Below, piece by piece: positions 58,859 through 64,000 of a stretch of DNA of 64,000 nucleotides; position 1 is the stretch's first letter, and the number at the start of each line of letters is the position of its first letter. The notes beneath the pieces were generated by a model. That model was not told the origin of the DNA, did not search any database, and saw only the letters and a program-made list of their open reading frames with translations. Origin of the DNA: an uncultured Pelagibacteraceae bacterium (GTDB lineage: Bacteria; Pseudomonadota; Alphaproteobacteria; Pelagibacterales; Pelagibacteraceae); assembly GCA_902587295.1 (NCBI GenBank), contig CACIKS010000001.1:53664-117663 (forward strand), given 5' to 3'. A program made the position numbers and the translations under genes.

Positions 58859-58993
58859 CTATGTAGAAAGTCTTTTACGACCCTTCGCTCTTCTTCTGGA
58901 AAGAAGTTGTCTTCCAGCTTTAGTAGACATTCTATTTCTAAAGCCATGTCTTCTTTTTCTAATCAACTTGCTTGGTTGGTAAGTTCTTTTCAT
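58859..58993 (-). CDS. rpmH: 50S ribosomal protein L34 (below ORF-track threshold)
   Basis: Hand translation gives [44 protein letters not shown], the canonical L34. It lies directly upstream of rnpA. Confidence 0.95.
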   Translation of the reverse strand: MKRTYQPSKLIRKRRHGFRNRMSTKAGRQLLSRRRAKGRKRLST

Positions 58994-59071
58994 AAGATTT
59001 CTCTGGTTAGTATTAATTTTTTTGATATTTATAGGTAATAAGTCTGTATAAGTACAGTTAAAAGTTAATTT

Positions 59072-59797
59072 ATGAATCTTAGTTCTAGAAATTTAAAACT
59101 AATATTTGGAGCATTTTATTTATTTATCCTATTTGTTGGTCTTTATTTTTTATTCTCATCCGTAGATATAAGAGATTTGACAAGCTACGATTTTATAAGA
59201 TCTAATAAAAATATAATCTTACATTATAAGGAAGAAAATTTTTTTTTACTTACATTTGTGTTTTTCATTTTTTGTATAATTTGGGTATTATTATTAGGAT
59301 TCGCTTCACCACTTCTGCTTTTTGCTGGCTTTGTTTTTGGTAAATGGTGGGGAATTACCATTGCACTTTTAAGCACAAGTATTGGAGCAACACTTCTATA
59401 TATTATGGCTGGAATGTTTTTTAGAAAGTTTGTTGAAGAAAAACTGGCTCCAAAATTTTCTAAATTTAGAGAATATTTTAGCAAAAATGATTTAATTTAC
59501 TTTATGTGTTTTAGATTTGTTGGTGGCGGAGGTATTCCTTATGCTATTCAAAATGTGCTTCCAGTTTTGTTTAATATGTCTTCGAGAAATTATTTTTTTG
59601 GTACTCTGTTTGGCAGTCTTCCTTCAATGTTTATAACAGTGTCACTTGGCGCTGGCATAGAAAAAGTTATTGATGAAAATGAAAGACCAGGTTTTTTTAA
59701 TTTTTTTGGGTCTCCAGATATCTATTTGCCTATTATTGGTTTTTTTTTAATTTTGATAATCGGAATAATTTTAAAAAATAAATTTTTTAAAAAATAA
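59072..59797 (+). CDS. TVP38/TMEM64 (DedA-related) family membrane protein
   Basis: 241-aa polytopic protein. [11 protein letters not shown] and [10 protein letters not shown] are typical of this family. Confidence 0.85.
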   Translation: MNLSSRNLKLIFGAFYLFILFVGLYFLFSSVDIRDLTSYDFIRSNKNIILHYKEENFFLLTFVFFIFCIIWVLLLGFASPLLLFAGFVFGKWWGITIALLSTSIGATLLYIMAGMFFRKFVEEKLAPKFSKFREYFSKNDLIYFMCFRFVGGGGIPYAIQNVLPVLFNMSSRNYFFGTLFGSLPSMFITVSLGAGIEKVIDENERPGFFNFFGSPDIYLPIIGFFLILIIGIILKNKFFKK

Positions 59798-59799
59798 GT

Positions 59800-59958
59800 A
59801 TGAAAAATATCAAAATAACTTTTTGGTTTGTTTGGTTTTTTTTAGTTATTTTATGGAATTATGGTTTTCCAGAGGCGAGTCCATTTTTAGATGTTTTGGT
59901 GGCTTTTATTTTATCAATTCTTAACATAATTTTATTAAAATTAATAAAAAGATATTAA
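59800..59958 (+). CDS. Small two-helix membrane protein, 52 aa (below ORF-track threshold)
   Basis: MKNIKITFWFVWFFLVILWNYGFPEASPFLDVLVAFILSILNIILLKLIKRY. It starts 2 nt after the previous stop and ends in a TAATG overlap with the next gene. Confidence 0.5.
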   Translation: MKNIKITFWFVWFFLVILWNYGFPEASPFLDVLVAFILSILNIILLKLIKRY

Positions 59959-61427
59959 TGGAAGAAAATTATTTTAAAGCAGCTATATCACACCACAGGA
60001 ATGGAAATTGGAATAAAGCTAAAGAGATTTACGAACACATTTTAAAATCAGATCGAGATAATTTTTTAGTTCTTCAAAATTATGGAACTGTTTTATCTCA
60101 ATTAAAGCAGTATAAACTAGCAAAAAATATTTTCGAAAAATGTCTAAAAATTAATTCAAAAGACTCTTTACTTCTTTACAATTATGCCAAATTTTTACAA
60201 GATCAAAAAATCTTTAGTGAAGCAATAAAATTTTATGAAAAATCCTTTAAAGAAAACCCAAAAAATAATTTAAGTTTATATAATATTGGAAATATTTATT
60301 TACAAGAGAGTAAATTTATAGATGCTATTAATTATTTTAAAAAGTCAATAGACACAAACCCAAAAAATTTTTATGCCTATAATAATATAGGATTGGCTTA
60401 CAAAAAAATGGGAAATTTTAATGAAGCTATCAAGTATTATAAAAGTGCGATAGATATAAATAATAATTATGTAGATGGACATACTAATTATGCCACTATG
60501 CTATTGACTATGAATAAATTGGAATTAGGTTTTGAGGAATACGAATGGAGAAAAAAAAGCAAGGTTTTTTCAGATTATTTAAACTATAAAGATTTGAGTA
60601 TCAAATCTCCTATCTGGAACGGGGAGAAAATATCAGGTCAAAAAATATTAATATTATCAGAACAAGGAATTGGTGATTTAATTCAATTTTCTAGGTACTT
60701 ATTTGTCTTAAGGGACGAGTATAATTGCAAAGTAATTCTAAGATTAAAACAAAATCTTTCACATTTTTTTAAAGAAGAGAGGGATATAAAAATAATTTCT
60801 GAAGAAGATAAAATTCTTGAACATAATTTTCATAATCATTTAGCAAGTCTTCCTGGCATAATCTATAAAAAAAATAAAAAATTTCCTAAAACAGTAAAAT
60901 TTATAAAAGAAAATCAGAAGTTAGATGAAAAGTGGAAAAATATTTTAAGCAAATACAAAGGGTTAAAAATTGGCATAAACTCCCACTCAACAGCAACAGT
61001 TGGTGAAAGAATAATTCCAATTGAAAATTTTAATTATTTGACAGATCTTTCGAAAGTTAAATTTTTTATAATTCAAAAAGATTTTGATAAAAAAAAAATG
61101 AATATTATTAACAACAACTCAAATGTAACTTATTTTGAGGACATTGATAAAAATGTTAAACCTTTTGAAGATACAATAAGTATAATAAAAAATTTAGATT
61201 TAGTTATAACTGCAGACACATCATTAGCTCACCTCTCAGCAACCTTGAATAAAAATACTTGGATTGCACTTCCTTTAGTGAGTGATTGGAGATGGTTTAA
61301 TTCAGAAAAAAAATCTATTTGGTATGAAAACGCTACACTTTACAAACAAAAAAAAATTGGAAATTGGGAAAACATTTTTAAAAATATGAAAGAGGATATT
61401 AAAAAAAACTTTAAAAATTTTTTTTAA
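59958..61427 (+). CDS. TPR-repeat protein with C-terminal GT9-like (heptosyltransferase-fold) domain
   Basis: About five TPR units in the N-terminal half. The C-terminal half has ILILSEQGIGDLIQFSRY and ITADTSLAHLSATLNKNTWIALP..DWRW, the pattern of GT9-like TPR proteins. Confidence 0.8.
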   Translation: MEENYFKAAISHHRNGNWNKAKEIYEHILKSDRDNFLVLQNYGTVLSQLKQYKLAKNIFEKCLKINSKDSLLLYNYAKFLQDQKIFSEAIKFYEKSFKENPKNNLSLYNIGNIYLQESKFIDAINYFKKSIDTNPKNFYAYNNIGLAYKKMGNFNEAIKYYKSAIDINNNYVDGHTNYATMLLTMNKLELGFEEYEWRKKSKVFSDYLNYKDLSIKSPIWNGEKISGQKILILSEQGIGDLIQFSRYLFVLRDEYNCKVILRLKQNLSHFFKEERDIKIISEEDKILEHNFHNHLASLPGIIYKKNKKFPKTVKFIKENQKLDEKWKNILSKYKGLKIGINSHSTATVGERIIPIENFNYLTDLSKVKFFIIQKDFDKKKMNIINNNSNVTYFEDIDKNVKPFEDTISIIKNLDLVITADTSLAHLSATLNKNTWIALPLVSDWRWFNSEKKSIWYENATLYKQKKIGNWENIFKNMKEDIKKNFKNFF

Positions 61428-61429
61428 TT

Positions 61430-61505
61430 TGGTGCCCACAGTAAGAATCGAACTTACGACCTCTTCCTTACCATGGAAGTGCTCTACCAACTGAGCTATG
61501 TGGGC
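61430..61505 (-). tRNA. tRNA-Thr (anticodon GGT), CCA encoded
   Basis: Reverse complement is GCCCACATAGCTCAGTTGGTAGAGC ACTTCC-ATGGTAA-GGAAG ... GTTCGATTC ... TGTGGGCACCA. Length is 76 nt. Confidence 0.92.
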
Positions 61506-61529
61506 CTCTAGTTTTGATAGAAATATGGA

Positions 61530-61559
61530 ATTTTACATTTTATCAATACTTATTTACAA
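61530..61559 (-). promoter_or_regulatory. Candidate promoter for tRNA-Thr (TTGTAA-18 nt-TAAAAT on minus strand)
   Basis: Hexamers read by eye about 24 nt upstream of the mature 5' end. Specificity is low in AT-rich DNA. Confidence 0.25.
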
Positions 61560-61628
61560 GACTTTTAAGTAGAAGCTTGCATATTCATATTCTTCAAAGT
61601 AAAACAATATAAAACTTATGGTGCTAAA

Positions 61629-61823
61629 ATGGGTATTCACTACGACTACAAATCAACTAGAGGCGAAAAAGCGATGCGCAAAGAGGCGAAAAGAAAGGCA
61701 CGTCTAGAGCAGAGAAAGGCCCGAAGAAATCTTAAACCAAAGACTGAAGATTCCAAAGAACAAATGCACGATATTCATAAACCAATTACTTTGGATGATT
61801 TAACAGATCCAGAGAATAATTAA
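61629..61823 (+). CDS. Small basic protein, 64 aa, unknown function
   Basis: ORF-track entry with an R/K-rich helix-like centre (RKEAKRKARLEQRKARRN) and an acidic tail. Codon usage is atypical for this window. Confidence 0.45.
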   Translation: MGIHYDYKSTRGEKAMRKEAKRKARLEQRKARRNLKPKTEDSKEQMHDIHKPITLDDLTDPENN

Positions 61824-61828
61824 ATCAA

Positions 61829-61942
61829 ATGAAAATTGTTGAAAAAAAAGAGAAACCTCTTTCAAGCAAAGAATTAGCTTTAAAAATAAATTTAAAAAAA
61901 AGAAAAAAATTTAAAGAAAAATATAAATTAAAAAACAAATAA
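61829..61942 (+). CDS. Possible 37-aa lysine-rich small ORF
   Basis: [37 protein letters not shown]. It fills the gap exactly and ends in a TAATG overlap with dcd. It could be chance in A-rich DNA. Confidence 0.25.
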   Translation: MKIVEKKEKPLSSKELALKINLKKRKKFKEKYKLKNK

Positions 61943-62496
61943 TGAGTGTTCTATCAGATAAGTGGATTAAAAGAATGGTAAGAGACACCAAAATGATTTC
62001 TCCTTTTGTACCCAAACAGAAAAGGAAAAGCAAAATTTCATTTGGATTGTCCTCTTATGGCTACGATGCAAGAGTTTCAGATGATTTTAAGATTTTTACT
62101 AATGTCAACTCAGCTATAGTTGATCCTAAAAATTTCAAAACAGAAAGTTTTGTTTCAAAAAAATCTAAGATATGCATTATTCCTCCCAATTCTTTTGCAC
62201 TTGCTCGAACTGTTGAGTATTTCAAAATTCCAGAAAACGTAATGGTAATTTGTTTGGGAAAATCCACATATGCGAGATGTGGTATTATAGTAAATGTTAC
62301 GCCTTTAGAACCAGGATGGGAAGGTTTTGTTACACTAGAATTTTCAAACACCACTCCACTACCAGCCAAAATCTATGCCAACGAAGGTGCTGCACAGTTT
62401 GTTTTTATTAAAGGTAATGAAAAACCAGAAGTTTCATACTCGAAAAGAAAAGGTAAATATATGAAACAAAAAGGCGTCACACTTCCAAAGATTTAA
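61942..62496 (+). CDS. dcd: dCTP deaminase
   Basis: [11 protein letters not shown], and the region ending EGAAQFVF. Confidence 0.95.
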   Translation: MSVLSDKWIKRMVRDTKMISPFVPKQKRKSKISFGLSSYGYDARVSDDFKIFTNVNSAIVDPKNFKTESFVSKKSKICIIPPNSFALARTVEYFKIPENVMVICLGKSTYARCGIIVNVTPLEPGWEGFVTLEFSNTTPLPAKIYANEGAAQFVFIKGNEKPEVSYSKRKGKYMKQKGVTLPKI

Positions 62497-62499
62497 TTA

Positions 62500-63765
62500 A
62501 TGCAAAAACTTTTAGTCAAAGGTAAAAAAGTCTTATCTGGAGTTGTTCAAATATCTGGCTCAAAAAATGCAACTCTACCAATTTTAGCCGCATCAATATT
62601 AGGAGATAAAAAAATTGAGATTAAAAATATACCTTTAGTAAAAGATGTCATCACAATGACAAACCTTTTAAAATATATGGGGTCCAACATTAATATTAAC
62701 TTTAAAAAAAGAAAAATTTTAATACATAACCAAAAAAAAAAACTAAAAACTATTGCACCATACAATTTCGTAAAAACTATGAGAGCAGGAGTACTTGTGC
62801 TTGGTTCGTTACTCGCAAGATTCGGAAAAGCCAAAGTTTCATTACCTGGTGGTTGCGCAATTGGAACAAGGCCAGTGAATCTACATCTTTTTGGATTAAA
62901 AAAACTTGGTGCAAATATAAAAATTAAAAATGGTTATATTTCAGCAGAAGCTAAAAATGGACTTGTAGGGAGCAAGATTAACTTTCCTTCTATATCTGTA
63001 GGTGCTACTGAGAATGTAATTATAGCCGCAAGTTTAGCAAAAGGAGTATCACTCCTAAAAAATTGCGCTTGTGAACCAGAAATAAAAAATCTTACAAATT
63101 TTTTGATTAAAATGGGGGTAAAAATTACCTGGGTTGGTAAAAGAGAAATTAAAATTATAGGTAGTGAAAAGTTAAGAACTGTAAGTCATAATATTATGTT
63201 TGATAGAATTGAGGCAGGGACTTTTATAATTGCTGGTGCCTTAATAGGCCATAATCTTAAAATTACTAACATAGAGCCAAAAGTTATTGGTAGAGAATTA
63301 AGAATTTTAAAAAAGATGGGGGTAAAATTAAAAACCAAAAAAAATGAAATTCAGGTTTTTGAATCGAAAAATATTAGATCAATATCTATAAAAACAGAAC
63401 CTTATCCTGGTTTTCCTACGGACTTGCAGGCTCAAATAATGGTATTGATGACTAAAGCAAAAGGAATCTCAAAAATAAAAGAAAATATTTTTGAAAATAG
63501 ATTTATGCATGTTTCAGAATTAAATAGAATGGGTGCAAAAATAAAAATTCTGGGAAATCTTTCATATGTATATGGCCCACAAAATTTAAATGGTGCAGAA
63601 GTAATGGCTACAGACTTAAGGGCATCTGTTAGCCTTGTTCTTGCAGGTTTAATTGCGAAAAACAAAACTCATATTAATAGAATTTACCATTTAGATAGAG
63701 GCTACGAGGGTTTAGAAAAAAAACTTAGAAAATGTAAAGCTCATATTTCAAGAATTTATAATTAA
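62500..63765 (+). CDS. murA: UDP-N-acetylglucosamine 1-carboxyvinyltransferase
   Basis: ISGSKNATLPILAAS, the catalytic loop PGGCAIGTRPV, and LRASVSLVLAGL. Confidence 0.96.
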   Translation: MQKLLVKGKKVLSGVVQISGSKNATLPILAASILGDKKIEIKNIPLVKDVITMTNLLKYMGSNININFKKRKILIHNQKKKLKTIAPYNFVKTMRAGVLVLGSLLARFGKAKVSLPGGCAIGTRPVNLHLFGLKKLGANIKIKNGYISAEAKNGLVGSKINFPSISVGATENVIIAASLAKGVSLLKNCACEPEIKNLTNFLIKMGVKITWVGKREIKIIGSEKLRTVSHNIMFDRIEAGTFIIAGALIGHNLKITNIEPKVIGRELRILKKMGVKLKTKKNEIQVFESKNIRSISIKTEPYPGFPTDLQAQIMVLMTKAKGISKIKENIFENRFMHVSELNRMGAKIKILGNLSYVYGPQNLNGAEVMATDLRASVSLVLAGLIAKNKTHINRIYHLDRGYEGLEKKLRKCKAHISRIYN

Positions 63766-64000
63766 TGGTTAAAATGAATCTGAGGCTTAATGCAAACTCC
63801 GAAGAAGATTTAAAAGTAATATCAGCTCATTTGCAAGACTCAATTACACAAGTAAAAAATATTGCTAATTTAAAAAAAAATAGAATTTTTTTGATTCAGC
63901 TTAGTAGATTTATGTGGGAAGATGTTGAAAAGGGAGTATTCAGAAAAAACAAAAGAGTACAATCGGTGCTGAAATTCGAAAATGTTATTAATGTGTACTC
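63765..64000 (+). CDS. DUF2948-family protein (N-terminal fragment, runs off the window)
   Basis: TAATG overlap with murA. LRLNANSEEDLKVISAHLQDSI...FLIQLSRFMWED resembles the alphaproteobacterial DUF2948 protein usually found after murA. Confidence 0.6.
   Translation, partial: MVKMNLRLNANSEEDLKVISAHLQDSITQVKNIANLKKNRIFLIQLSRFMWEDVEKGVFRKNKRVQSVLKFENVINVY

Noticed and set aside
58852-58947. N-terminal extension of the rnpA ORF (ORF-track start 58947)
   Set aside because: It overlaps the clearly real rpmH gene in another frame. The RnpA homology begins near the ATG at 58851.
58994-59071. Possible replication origin next to rpmH-rnpA-yidC
   Set aside because: There is no dnaA gene here and no TTATCCACA-like DnaA boxes in this or neighbouring spacers. 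Alphaproteobacterial origins are usually located elsewhere.
61525-61572. 15-aa ORF MEFYILSILIYKTFK in the tRNA-Thr upstream spacer
   Set aside because: It has no SD sequence and overlaps the likely tRNA-Thr promoter on the other strand. It is too short to distinguish from chance.
1-64000. Search for CRISPR arrays, tandem repeats, IS elements, integrases, toxin-antitoxin or restriction/defence genes
   Set aside because: Nothing recognisable was found by eye on either strand. The only dispersed repeats are the two lipoyl-domain coding segments and the tRNA-Ser 3' fragment.

Overview
This is an AT-rich, very densely packed chromosomal segment: about 30% GC by eye, and roughly 95% coding by my tally (not computed exactly). 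Many neighbouring genes overlap by 1-29 nt (TAATG, ATGA and TTGA junctions).

I infer a streamlined marine alphaproteobacterium of the SAR11/Pelagibacterales type. The evidence is the composition and packing, a class I LysRS, the gltD-gltB gene order, and two alphaproteobacterial syntenies (bolA / J-domain / cobS / cobT, and murA / DUF2948).

Content is almost entirely housekeeping:
- Transport and membrane: TAXI-TRAP transporter, trkH, TauE, yhhQ, rpmH-rnpA-yidD-yidC.
- Central metabolism: pyruvate dehydrogenase aceE-aceF, thiolase, glutamate synthase gltD-gltB.
- Translation: thrS-infC-rpmI-rplT-pheS-pheT-lepA, class I lysK, def-fmt-truA.
- Biosynthesis: pyrD, aroK-aroB, dapD-dapE, argB, dcd-murA.
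- Three tRNAs: Arg-ACG, Ser-GGA, Thr-GGT.
- Single sugar-epimerase and glycosyltransferase genes wedged between the housekeeping operons.

I found no rRNA, IS element, integrase, CRISPR array or recognisable defence gene.

Five items deserve a second look:
1. A ~2 kb islet sits directly behind tRNA-Ser. It is bounded by a degenerate direct copy of the tRNA 3' end and carries an overlapping PhyH-type dioxygenase / SAM-methyltransferase pair.
2. Next to that islet is a self-contained mini-gene for an 18-aa hydrophobic peptide.
3. A lipoyl domain is fused to the N-terminus of the AceE-type E1. It is paralogous to the single lipoyl domain of E2.
4. A J-domain / CobS-like AAA+ / CobT-like vWA module lies next to bolA, with no cobN or other cobalamin genes in view.
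5. Several small ORFs below the ORF-track threshold exactly fill the remaining gaps. One of them is the ribosomal protein gene rpmH.

All functional calls come from reading the translated ORFs and motifs by eye. No database search was possible.
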